Assembly: GCA_041478205.1 (NCBI GenBank)
Contig: JBGOVR010000001.1
Coordinates: forward strand, 5,583-69,582
DNA from: Candidatus Acidiferrum sp.
GTDB lineage: Bacteria; Acidobacteriota; Terriglobia; Acidiferrales; UBA7541
Length of the DNA: 64,000 nucleotides
Direction: 5' to 3'
The notes beneath the pieces are model-generated. The model did not search any database. It was not told the DNA's origin and was given only the letters and a program-made list of their open reading frames with translations. This document shows, one piece after another, positions 28,521-37,676 of the stretch (position 1 is its first letter; each line of letters begins with the position of its first letter). The translations under genes and the position numbers were made by a program.

Positions 28521-29414
28521 GTGTTTCCTCGCTTTCGCCGCACTTTTCTAGCGTTTTTCGCCTTGGCCCTCTCGCCCGCTCTTTTTCCCCCTCCGGTCCG
28601 TTGCCAGGAGAGTCCTTACATCGTTGCCTATGACCACTACCTGGAAGAGCCCGGCAACCTGGACATCGAATACTTCTCCACCTTTGGCACCCAGCGCGGT
28701 GGCAACGACTTCCACGCCTTCTGGGTCGAAGTGGAGTACGGCGCTACCGCCTGGTGGACCACCGAGCTCTACCTGGATGGTCAGACCACCTTCCACGACA
28801 GCACCCTCTTCACCGGCTTTCGCTGGGAGAATCGCTTCCGCCCGCTCAAGCACGAGCACTTCATCAATCCGATCCTCTACGTCGAGTACGAAAACAAGAG
28901 CGGTGCCGACAAGATCCTGAAGGAAGTGGAAGGCCTGGATGTGGAATCGGACTTCTTGGTGCCCAATGGCGAAGCCCGCAAGGAGCACGTCCACGAAATC
29001 GAGTTCAAGCTCATCCTCTCCAGCACCGTGAAAGGCTGGAACTTCACGGAAAATACCATCGCCTCGAAGAATCTCTCGAATAATCCCTGGGAGTTTGGTT
29101 ACGCGCTTGGCGCCAGCCGGCCTCTCGCGCTGAAAGCTTCGGCTCAGCATTGCAGTTTCTGCCGGCAAAACATCAGCGCCGGGGTGGAAATGTATGGAGG
29201 CCTCGGCGACCGCTACAACTTCGGGCTGAGGAACACGTCGCACTATATCGCGCCGGTCGCGGCATGGAATCTCCCTTCCGGCTGGACGCTGCGCCTCTCG
29301 CCGGGCTTTGGGCTAAACGACAACAGTCACAAGTTCCTGCTGCGCTGGGGCGTTTCCCGTGAATTCTCCGGATTCGGCGAGATGCTCGGCCACCTCTTCG
29401 GGAGCCGCCGATGA
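28521..29414 (+). CDS. Exported putative outer-membrane beta-barrel (DUF6662-like putative porin)
   Basis: RBS AAGGAG before GTG 28521; signal peptide; aromatic amphipathic strands EVEYGATAWWTTELYL, LYVEYE, LLRWGVSREF. Confidence 0.65.
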   Translation: MFPRFRRTFLAFFALALSPALFPPPVRCQESPYIVAYDHYLEEPGNLDIEYFSTFGTQRGGNDFHAFWVEVEYGATAWWTTELYLDGQTTFHDSTLFTGFRWENRFRPLKHEHFINPILYVEYENKSGADKILKEVEGLDVESDFLVPNGEARKEHVHEIEFKLILSSTVKGWNFTENTIASKNLSNNPWEFGYALGASRPLALKASAQHCSFCRQNISAGVEMYGGLGDRYNFGLRNTSHYIAPVAAWNLPSGWTLRLSPGFGLNDNSHKFLLRWGVSREFSGFGEMLGHLFGSRR

Positions 29415-29851
29415 AACCCTACATCGCCGCTCTCAGCACGAGCGTTGCATTGCTTGGGATGTCGCTCAGCCTCGCTCAGCAGGACACTGCAGGAGCGCCA
29501 AAACAGCCGAAGAAAGACTCGTCCGTCTACGCCGAGCTAGCCAAGGCACCAGGCAAAGCCCGCGCAAAGCGCAATCCCTTGGAGAACGATCCCGACGCTA
29601 CTGCCGCGGGAAGAAATCTTTTCCAGCAGCACTGCGCCGAATGCCACGGCGACACCGCCGAAGGTGGAAAGAAGGGCCCGAGTCTGCGCGCCGAAGAAGT
29701 ACAGAACTCCTCGGCCGGCGTTATCTTCTGGGTTTTGACAAACGGTGTAGTCCGCCGCGGCATGCCCGTCTGGTCCAAGCTACCCGAACCGCAGCGCTGG
29801 CAGCTCGTCGCCTACCTCAGGTCCCTCGGCGTCAAACCGGCTCCAATGTAG
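29411..29851 (+). CDS. Periplasmic monoheme cytochrome c
   Basis: Signal peptide; heme motif CAECH; GPSL; distal Met in GMPVW; ATGA overlap with the upstream gene. Confidence 0.92.
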   Translation: MKPYIAALSTSVALLGMSLSLAQQDTAGAPKQPKKDSSVYAELAKAPGKARAKRNPLENDPDATAAGRNLFQQHCAECHGDTAEGGKKGPSLRAEEVQNSSAGVIFWVLTNGVVRRGMPVWSKLPEPQRWQLVAYLRSLGVKPAPM

Positions 29852-29923
29852 CTCAATGTATCAGGCACTAGGCGGGCGTAGATGCTTTACCGCGCCCTGC
29901 AAGGCGGTATACTCTCCGCCAAC

Positions 29924-32617
29924 ATGCCCCTCGCTCCTGGGACACTTCTCGGCCCCTATGAAATCGGTACACCCCTCGGCGCTGGCGGGATGGGCGAAGT
30001 CTACCGCGCCCGCGACACCCGTTTGGATCGTACCGTTGCGGTCAAGATTCTTCCGCAACAGCTTTCGAGTGATCCCATTTGCAAGCAACGCTTTGAACGA
30101 GAAGCCAAAACCATCTCCAGCCTCAATCATCCTCACATTTGCGTGCTGTACGATGTCGGCCACCAGAACGGAATCGACTACCTTGTTATGGAGTGCGTTG
30201 AAGGGGAATCGCTTGCCGAGCGGTTGCAGAAAGGGCCACTCCCGCTTGACCAAGTCCTGAAGTACGGCGCGCAAATCTCTCTCGCCCTGGACCAAGCGCA
30301 TCGCAGCGGAGTTGTCCACCGCGATCTCAAGCCTGGCAACATCATGCTCACGCCCACGGGCGCAAAGCTCCTCGATTTTGGCCTCGCCAAACTCTTCGCT
30401 CCTCTCGCGACTGCGGTAACCCTCACGGCTACGAAACAGCCATCATCGGTGACCGAGCAAGGCACCATCGTTGGAACATTTCAGTACATGTCGCCAGAGC
30501 AGATCGAAGGCAAAGAGCTGGATGGCCGAAGCGACATCTTTTCGCTCGGTGCAGTGCTTTACGAAATGCTCACCGGCCAACGCGCCTTCCAAGGCAAGAG
30601 TCAGTTGAGCATTGCCTCCGCCATCCTCGAAAAAGATCCCGCTCCCATCAGCAGCATCAAGCCGGCGACTCCTCCCGTGCTAGATCACGCGACCCGCCGC
30701 TGTCTCGCCAAAGATCCGGAAGAACGCTGGCAAACTGCCCGGGACCTGGCTCTCGAATTGACCTGGATGGCGGAGTCAGGAGGACAGATTGGAGTCCTCG
30801 CACCTGTGAGCCAACCGAAGACAGGCCTACAGTGGCTCGCTTGGAGCGCCACGACTCTGCTGATTGTTGTCTTAGCGCTGAGCGCGTTCTCGTATTGGGG
30901 CCAGAGACCCCCCGTTGCCGCACCAGTGCGATTCGAGATCTCATTGCCTCAAGGCACTCTCAACTTCACGCTCTCGCCCAATGGCCGCCAGCTTGCTATC
31001 CAGGCGCCCGGTCCGGACGGGCGTAAGCTAATCTGGGTTCGCGCTTTGGATTCTCTTGAAACCCGCCCGCTGCCTGGCACCGAAGATGTTCTTGGGCCCC
31101 CGGTCTTTTGGTCCCCGGATAGCCGGTTCATCGCATTTCAGGTAGGTAACAAGCTGAAAAAAATCAACATCTCTGGGGGCCCTCCGCAAGCGATCTGCGA
31201 CATCTCGGTCTCGGTTCTTGGCGGCGCTTGGAGCCGCGAGGACATAATTATTTTCGGCACCGTCGGGAATGGCATCATGTGGGTTTCAGCGGCGGGAGGT
31301 GTCCCCACCTTGCTTACGACTACGGGTGGGCGCAATGAGGTTCACGCTTTTCCATCTTTCCTGTCGGATGGGCGACATTTTGCGTATCTGAGAGCACCCG
31401 AAAATCCCGGCATTTACATTGGTTCACTCGATACTAAACCCGAACAACAAAGCGCCAAGCGAATTCTCGCCACATCGCTCATGGCGGTCTATGCGCCTTC
31501 GTCTGACGCGGGTACGGGACGACTGCTTTTTATGCGCGATGGTACCCTGCTGACCCAGCTTTTCGATGAGCGGCGGCTGGAGCCGCGGGGCGAGCCAGTT
31601 CTGCTTGCCGAGCATGTTGGGAGCTTCCTCCTTTCCGCAACTTTTTCCGCGTCGGCAAGCGGGGTCTTAACCTTTCGCGCGGGGAAAACAGCAACTCCGC
31701 TGTCCGCACTCCGCTGGTATAGCCGCCAGGGCAAAGACTTGGGCTACGCCAGGGAGCCCGGAACCTACGCGTACACCGACCTTGCGATTTCGCCGGAAGG
31801 GACGCGCGTCGCCGCGACGCGCGTCGACCCGAACGTGGGTCCAGGCCAAGGCATTTGGCTACTTGACTTGGCTCGGGGTGTGAGCGCCCGCTTCACATTC
31901 GATGTCGCTCCGGATATTGCGCCGGTCTGGTCCCCCGACGGGACCAGAATTGCCTTTAGTGCCTCCCGCTCTGGCGGAAGTGGGATTTATCAGAAAGCTG
32001 CGAACGGCGCCGGGAAAGAACAGCCGTTGGTTGCTACAACAAACGACTCCAAGTTTCCAAACGACTGGTCGCGCGACGGGCGTTTCCTGCTGTACACGCA
32101 GCAAGATGCAAGGACGAATGCCGATTTATGGGTCTTGCCATTGGCGGCTAACGGGACACCTTCTGGGACTCCTGCGCCATTCGCGAATACGGAGTTCAGC
32201 GAGGGTGCGGGGCAGTTTTCTCCCGACACCCGCTGGATCGCCTATGCTTCGGACGAGTCTGGCAGATCCGAAATCTATGTTCAACCGTTCCCGGCACCCC
32301 CGGGAGGCGGTAGCAAGACCTCGGTCTCTCGCGACGGTGGGAACCAGCCCCGCTGGCGGCGGGATGGCAAGGAATTATTCTATCTATCCTTCGACGGGAA
32401 ACTGATGGCTGTGGATGTTACCGAGGGGCCAATATTCAAGGTGGGAACTCCTAAACCCCTGTTCCAGGCGCCTGTAACTAGCATTCAGAGTCGAACGGAC
32501 GTTAGTGGTTTGGGTTGGGATGTAACCTCGGATGGCCAACGGTTTCTGTTCGACGCAGTTAAGACATCACCCGAGTCCCTCACAACAGTGCTGAACTGGA
32601 CTGCTGAACTCAAGTAG
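29924..32617 (+). CDS. Membrane Ser/Thr kinase with PD40/TolB-like beta-propeller repeats
   Basis: LGAGGMGEVY, HRDLKPGN, DFGLAK, YMSPEQ; TM helix; repeated WSPD/FSPD motifs; C-terminal VLNW. Confidence 0.94.
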   Translation: MPLAPGTLLGPYEIGTPLGAGGMGEVYRARDTRLDRTVAVKILPQQLSSDPICKQRFEREAKTISSLNHPHICVLYDVGHQNGIDYLVMECVEGESLAERLQKGPLPLDQVLKYGAQISLALDQAHRSGVVHRDLKPGNIMLTPTGAKLLDFGLAKLFAPLATAVTLTATKQPSSVTEQGTIVGTFQYMSPEQIEGKELDGRSDIFSLGAVLYEMLTGQRAFQGKSQLSIASAILEKDPAPISSIKPATPPVLDHATRRCLAKDPEERWQTARDLALELTWMAESGGQIGVLAPVSQPKTGLQWLAWSATTLLIVVLALSAFSYWGQRPPVAAPVRFEISLPQGTLNFTLSPNGRQLAIQAPGPDGRKLIWVRALDSLETRPLPGTEDVLGPPVFWSPDSRFIAFQVGNKLKKINISGGPPQAICDISVSVLGGAWSREDIIIFGTVGNGIMWVSAAGGVPTLLTTTGGRNEVHAFPSFLSDGRHFAYLRAPENPGIYIGSLDTKPEQQSAKRILATSLMAVYAPSSDAGTGRLLFMRDGTLLTQLFDERRLEPRGEPVLLAEHVGSFLLSATFSASASGVLTFRAGKTATPLSALRWYSRQGKDLGYAREPGTYAYTDLAISPEGTRVAATRVDPNVGPGQGIWLLDLARGVSARFTFDVAPDIAPVWSPDGTRIAFSASRSGGSGIYQKAANGAGKEQPLVATTNDSKFPNDWSRDGRFLLYTQQDARTNADLWVLPLAANGTPSGTPAPFANTEFSEGAGQFSPDTRWIAYASDESGRSEIYVQPFPAPPGGGSKTSVSRDGGNQPRWRRDGKELFYLSFDGKLMAVDVTEGPIFKVGTPKPLFQAPVTSIQSRTDVSGLGWDVTSDGQRFLFDAVKTSPESLTTVLNWTAELK

Positions 32618-32664
32618 AAATGGGCCTCGCAGCGGTTACGGCTTGGCCGTCAGTGTTCAATTCA

Positions 32665-33159
32665 TTATTTCAGGTCAAGCAGGGCAAATTTCCAGGAACC
32701 ATCGTTCTGCCGCTTTAGCACCTGGAGTTCTTTGGCGTGCCAACTGACGGGCGGCGAATCTAGAGACAATTTATACTCGCCTTCACGTTCGAACCACTCA
32801 CATGCCAAGCCGTCCTCGATTTGAATATTTTTGTATTTGGGCACGTAGCTCAACACCTTGAAACCCAGGTACTGGGCGTGGACTTTCTGATTTTCAGCCT
32901 GGATGGCCTGCTTGCCGACCGCAGGAACGCCCCCCGAACTGAGGCGCACCCCGTCCTCCGTCCAGATGTCTAAGAGTCCTTTCGGATCCTGGGACAGCGT
33001 AACTTCGATGTCTTCCCGGTGAAGCTTTTCAATAGCCACTAAGTCCGCCGCGTGCATGTCCGTTCTGGGAGGCGTGGGTATAACGGCCCTTCGGGCGAAG
33101 TGGCCGATAGCAAGGCCTGTAAGAAACGCTACAGTTACCAGCACAGAAGTACGTCTCAT
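32665..33159 (-). CDS. Exported NTF2/DUF4440-like protein
   Basis: RBS AGGAGG; N-terminal hydrophobic helix; IWTEDGV, GKQAI, VLKRQNDGSWK. Confidence 0.8.
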   Translation of the reverse strand: MRRTSVLVTVAFLTGLAIGHFARRAVIPTPPRTDMHAADLVAIEKLHREDIEVTLSQDPKGLLDIWTEDGVRLSSGGVPAVGKQAIQAENQKVHAQYLGFKVLSYVPKYKNIQIEDGLACEWFEREGEYKLSLDSPPVSWHAKELQVLKRQNDGSWKFALLDLK

Positions 33160-33546
33160 ATAAGCCTCCTGGGTAGCCGGATTTGTCACCACTAAAGAAC
33201 GATTGTCAACGGCCCGCTGTTTCTCCAAACTTCGGGGATCAGGTCAAGTCGAATTATCGGAAAATGGCACCGCTGGCCCAAATAATTCAGAAGGTGACCT
33301 TGACACGCTGATTGCTATGCTGGTAAACTCTCTACGTTTCATAGTGTCTCTCGCTTCCTGCGAGAATCCCTAAAAATCCAATTTCTTCTGATCCGGAGAT
33401 TCCTGTGTCTGCCGATCTCGTCAAGATCGTCTCTTTGGCCCTCTTGCCGGCGGTTGTCGCACTTTGCCCTGCCCCATCTTCACCCGCGACGGGCGGCGAC
33501 GGCGGTCCAGATAGATGTTTATAAACTAGCCAACACAGATCAAGTC

Positions 33547-33642
33547 TAAGTCCCTTTAGAATCAGCACTTGCAAAAGTGTATCAAAACAAAGGACTTTAA
33601 CTACCTTTAGAATGAACACTTGTTAAAACAGGGGGGAGGGGG
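33547..33642. repeat. AT-rich three-unit repeat (direct, inverted, direct) followed by a G tract
   Basis: CCTTTAGAATCAGCACTTG (33553-33571) and CCTTTAGAATGAACACTTG (33604-33622) flank an inverted copy (33575-33597); GGGGGGAGGGGG at 33631-33642. Confidence 0.75.
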
Positions 33643-33647
33643 CCCTG

Positions 33648-33787
33648 AGAGCCTCGGTGGCAACGATCCGATTTCGTCCAGGCATGGCTTCAGTTCACCC
33701 AGAGGAACGAAGGGCCATACCGTTTAGTGCTTGCGCTTCCATCCGGCTTCACAGCTGCGGAGGGCTTCGAGTTGCCACTCAGGCTCT
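33648..33787. mobile_element. MITE-like 140-bp element
   Basis: Terminal inverted repeats AGAGCCTCGGTGGCAAC and GTTGCCACTCAGGCTCT (15/17 match); no ORF; no clear target duplication. Confidence 0.45.
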
Positions 33788-33814
33788 GCGCCCCGGCTAG
33801 AACAGCGCGCTCGT

Positions 33815-34777
33815 CTACGGTGTTGCCTTCGCCGCATCGTTAACGATCATCGCTAGGCGCACGCCCGCTTGTGCCAGGCGCTCTTCCACAACCGGCACCG
33901 CGTCATCCTGGTAGACCGTGTCGAGGACAATATGCTTATGCAGCATGCGCTGTCCGATGTTGTTGTCGTCGGCGCAACTGTTCACGGGAACGTCGGGCTC
34001 CACAGCGATCTTTTTCGGCAGATCACCATAAACCGTATCCACGGCATGCTGGTGGCCTTCCGACGCCCAGTTTTCGAGCTGCATCCCACCCTGTAGCCAG
34101 CCTGCAAATGAGCCTGCAAATGTTGCATCCAACGTGTCGGCAAACTCCTGGGCATCGGCTCCTGCCATCTGGCGTTCCAGAATTTCCGTGTCCCAGATGT
34201 GATGCAGATTAGGTGTATAGCTATTGTTCCTGTCCTTCGGATTTCGTCCGAAATACTTTACGGGAACGCAATTTCCACCTCGATCGTCGTTCGTGGTCGC
34301 ATGCAGGGGCTGATGCAAATCGCCCACGAAGTGAATGATGAAGCGTAGCGCAGCAGCGCGCTTCGCTCCAGAAGCGCTCTTGTCTTTGAGGATCGCAAGT
34401 TGGTCCGTGATGGCCTGCGTCACGCAGCCCCCAGCGCCGCAAAACTGCTTCACTTGACCTGGTGCCGCGCCCAACGGGATATCAATGAAATGCCAAGGAC
34501 CCGTACTGGGATCCTGGGAACGCTCATCATCGGCCCAGGTAGCTGAGTCAACAAAGGGCGGCAATCCGGTGTCCCCGCAAAATCTCTTGAGGTGCGGATC
34601 GATAGGATTTGCGCTGAGCAGCGCATCCACCATGTGTTGCGCTTCCGGTGTCAAATGTTTTTGTGCCAAAAATGCCACCGTCTCGTGCCCCCTGCAGCCC
34701 CAGGCATGCGCCGCGGGAGCACCAACGAACCACATGAGCCCGTATATGATAAACAGATACTTTGGAAGTCGCTTCAC
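33815..34777 (-). CDS. Secreted S1/P1 nuclease
   Basis: Signal peptide ending AHA/WGCRGH; WADD, WHFID, HFVGDLHQPLH, NLHHIWD; RBS AGGAGG before GTG 34777. Confidence 0.93.
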   Translation of the reverse strand: MKRLPKYLFIIYGLMWFVGAPAAHAWGCRGHETVAFLAQKHLTPEAQHMVDALLSANPIDPHLKRFCGDTGLPPFVDSATWADDERSQDPSTGPWHFIDIPLGAAPGQVKQFCGAGGCVTQAITDQLAILKDKSASGAKRAAALRFIIHFVGDLHQPLHATTNDDRGGNCVPVKYFGRNPKDRNNSYTPNLHHIWDTEILERQMAGADAQEFADTLDATFAGSFAGWLQGGMQLENWASEGHQHAVDTVYGDLPKKIAVEPDVPVNSCADDNNIGQRMLHKHIVLDTVYQDDAVPVVEERLAQAGVRLAMIVNDAAKATP

Positions 34778-34879
34778 GGGAGCCCTCCTGTTGCGGTGCA
34801 GTGTACGCCACGTGCACAACACTAAACAAGGGTCCTAATTTGCTTTTAGCGATTGGTTAATTGCTGGAACGTTGGTCTT

Positions 34880-35953
34880 TTACGCGCTCAGCCAACGCCC
34901 GATGGGCCGCCACGATTCCGTGTGATCGCAAATTACCCGTAGCGTCGCGGTAATCGGAATCGCCAGCACCAACCCCATGCCGCCCCACACCCAACCCCAG
35001 AAGAGCAGCGAAATCGTGATGGCCACGGCGTTCAGCCGCACACGGCGTCCCACCAACTGCGGCGCCACCAGGTTTAACGCCAGCACGTGAATCGTGGTAA
35101 GCACTCCCGCAATCAAGACAAACGAGCCAATGGTCTTGAACTTCGCCAACGCGATCAAAAATGCCGGCAGCCAAGCCAACACTGCACCAATGTACGGCAC
35201 CATGTTCAGCAACCCCGAGGCCATGCCCGTCAGGATGGGATAGTCGAGGTCCATAAAGAAAAAGAATACGCTGCTGGCTGCCACCACCATCATCGTGACG
35301 ATGGTCATTCCCGCCAGATAGTCGCGCAAAACTTCCCGCATGTCGTCCAGCGTTTCTTTCACCTGCGTCCGCCGCGCCACCGGAAACAACTGCAGCGTTC
35401 CGTGCCACACTTCGCGTTTCCCCGCGAGCATGAAGAACACCAGGAAGGGCACGAATGTGATTTCCAGGAATAACGCATACAGAGAACCCGCCCCGCGCAG
35501 GATTAGCGTATGTAGCAGGCCTGGTTCCAGTTGCCGGATTTCCCCGGGTTGACCGCCTCCGGACTCCGGCGAAATTTGCGAGACCCGCCCCTCAATGCCG
35601 CTGATTTTAGCTTCCACCGCGCCCGCAGCGTTCTTGAGCACGCTCCCGTACTTTGGCCAATTCTCCGCAAAGTCCGCGGTTCGCGTGCCCAGGGCGTAGC
35701 CCACCGCCACCAGCACGGCGATCAGGATCAGCACCATCACCATCGAGCCCAGTGTCCGCGGCAGGTGCATTCTTTCGAGAAATTCCACCGCTGGATCCAG
35801 AAAATACGCCAACAAAATGGACAGCAACAGCGTGATCACCACGCCTTGGGCGTAATAGCAAAACAGCAAGATGATTGCTGCCGCGATGACCCGCAGGCTG
35901 AAGGTCGATCCGGTGATCCGAACGATGGCTGGCGGTGTTTCCGTTGCCGGCAC
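34880..35953 (-). CDS. AI-2E (PerM) family transporter
   Basis: LAYFLDPAV, NMVPYIGA, P.LVG..V.LN, FWGWVWG..GLVLAIP. Confidence 0.9.
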   Translation of the reverse strand: MPATETPPAIVRITGSTFSLRVIAAAIILLFCYYAQGVVITLLLSILLAYFLDPAVEFLERMHLPRTLGSMVMVLILIAVLVAVGYALGTRTADFAENWPKYGSVLKNAAGAVEAKISGIEGRVSQISPESGGGQPGEIRQLEPGLLHTLILRGAGSLYALFLEITFVPFLVFFMLAGKREVWHGTLQLFPVARRTQVKETLDDMREVLRDYLAGMTIVTMMVVAASSVFFFFMDLDYPILTGMASGLLNMVPYIGAVLAWLPAFLIALAKFKTIGSFVLIAGVLTTIHVLALNLVAPQLVGRRVRLNAVAITISLLFWGWVWGGMGLVLAIPITATLRVICDHTESWRPIGRWLSA

Positions 35954-36215
35954 AGGCTACTCCGTGCCCAAACACGGTAGCACACTGAGGCCAGCGCCAT
36001 CTGCCAGCGCGCGTTCGTGTTTCCTTGACCGCTATCGTTGGTTATCGCCGTAGTGAGCTCTAATTTCCTTACTCACGAGCTGCGTTTACTGGACGGAACG
36101 CCATGTAGCGCGGACACCAAGACACGATTTGACGCTATGCTAGACTGCTTTGAGGTCGTCTACCCGGCGGTCGGCTGCTTTCGCGGTCACAACCGCAACC
36201 GATCGCCCTTCATTC

Positions 36216-37559
36216 ATGCCCAAAGAACTGTTCGGCACAGACGGAATTCGCGGCGTCCCCGGAACACCTCCGCTGGACGACGCCACGCTTTACGCGCTGG
36301 GCCGCGCCCTCGGCGCCTATCTCAACCGCGCGCATCCCGCGGCTCACGTGCTCATCGGCATGGATACGCGCGAATCCGGCCCGCATATCGCCGCGCTTCT
36401 TGCTGCGGGCTTGGGCACCGCTGGCGCGTCCGCCGCCTTTGCCGGTGTGATCACCACGCCGGGCGTAGCGTGTCTCGTCCGGCAAAATGATTTTCAAGCC
36501 GGAGTCGTGATCTCGGCATCGCACAATCCCTACCACGATAACGGCGTCAAGCTCTTCTCTCATGCCGGAATGAAATTTCCAGACTCCGTTGAGGAAGTGC
36601 TGGAAGCAGACATCGTCAAGTATCAGCCGGAGCCTCCGCCGAAAAATCCAATTACCCTGACGGCCAATGACGACCTGGACGCCGAGTACCTCACTTTCCT
36701 GCGGAGCCGCGTCATTCCAGGTGCGAAGCTGGCTGGCCTCCGCGTGGTCCTAGACTGCGCCAACGGCGCTGCCTACAAGCTAGGCCCGGAGCTTTTTCGC
36801 TCGCTCGGCGCCGAAGTTGTCGCCATGGGTGTCGCGCCCGATGGGCGCAACATCAACGCCGGCTGTGGCTCGCTGCATCTCGAGGGATTGCAACAGCGCG
36901 TGGTAGCAGAGCGTGCCGCTCTCGGAGTCGCGTTCGATGGCGACGCGGACCGCGCCCTCTTCGTCTGCGAAACCGGAATGCTCGTCAACGGCGACGGCGT
37001 GCTGCTCGCCGCCGCTCGTTATCTGAACTCTCAGGGAAAACTCAAAGGCGGCCGCGTGGTGGCCACCTCCATGTCCAATCTTGGCCTGGAGCGCGCGCTG
37101 GCCCGCAACGGCATCACGCTCGCCCGCGCCGCGGTCGGCGATCGCTACGTCCTCGAAGAAATGCTGCGCAGCGGCAACATTCTGGGTGGCGAGCAGTCCG
37201 GCCACGTTATTTTTCTCGACGATTCTCCCGCGGGCGACGGACTGCTCACCGCCGTAAAAATCGCCTCGCTCGTCTCCCTGCACGGCCGCCTCGAATCGCT
37301 CGTCGACGGCCTGAAGGACTACCCGCAAGCCATCGTCAACGTAAAGGTGCGCTCCAAGCCCCCGCTCGAATCGCTCCCCGAAGTTTCCCGCGCCCTCGCC
37401 GAAGCCCAATCCGCTCTCGGTGACAACGGCCGCATCGTCCTCCGCTATTCCGGCACCGAGCCGCTGGCCCGCGTCATGGTCGAAGCCGAGCACGACGCCG
37501 ACGTCCAGCGCTTCAGCCAATCCGTCGCCAACGCCCTCCGCTCCTCCATCGGCGCGTAA
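36216..37559 (+). CDS. glmM: Phosphoglucosamine mutase
   Basis: LFGTDGIRG, DTRESG, ISASHNP, FDGDADR, GGEQSGH, RYSGTEP.ARVMVE. Confidence 0.96.
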   Translation: MPKELFGTDGIRGVPGTPPLDDATLYALGRALGAYLNRAHPAAHVLIGMDTRESGPHIAALLAAGLGTAGASAAFAGVITTPGVACLVRQNDFQAGVVISASHNPYHDNGVKLFSHAGMKFPDSVEEVLEADIVKYQPEPPPKNPITLTANDDLDAEYLTFLRSRVIPGAKLAGLRVVLDCANGAAYKLGPELFRSLGAEVVAMGVAPDGRNINAGCGSLHLEGLQQRVVAERAALGVAFDGDADRALFVCETGMLVNGDGVLLAAARYLNSQGKLKGGRVVATSMSNLGLERALARNGITLARAAVGDRYVLEEMLRSGNILGGEQSGHVIFLDDSPAGDGLLTAVKIASLVSLHGRLESLVDGLKDYPQAIVNVKVRSKPPLESLPEVSRALAEAQSALGDNGRIVLRYSGTEPLARVMVEAEHDADVQRFSQSVANALRSSIGA

Positions 37560-37593
37560 ACGCACATTTCGCCAAGTCCTCTCCCAGAAACAC

Positions 37594-37624
37594 GGGAACC
37601 TTTTCGCCGCTACGGCCTCTATGT
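37594..37624 (+). promoter_or_regulatory. ECF-sigma-type promoter upstream of the DUF4349 gene
   Basis: GGGAACCTTTT...CTCTA; the same -35 motif lies upstream of the ECF sigma gene. Confidence 0.55.
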
Positions 37625-37676
37625 ACTCAGAAGTATGAGGTTGCTCACGCACAAAGATCCGCGCAGGAGGTAACCC

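Noticed and set aside
33332-33619. 95-aa ORF MFILKVVKVLCFDTLLQ...
   Set aside because: Its hydrophobic start is a translation of the AT-rich repeat element, so it is probably not coding
33547-33622. Possible CRISPR mini-array or dif site
   Set aside because: There are only two direct copies, the spacer is itself an inverted unit, no cas genes are present, and it does not match the XerC/XerD dif consensus well
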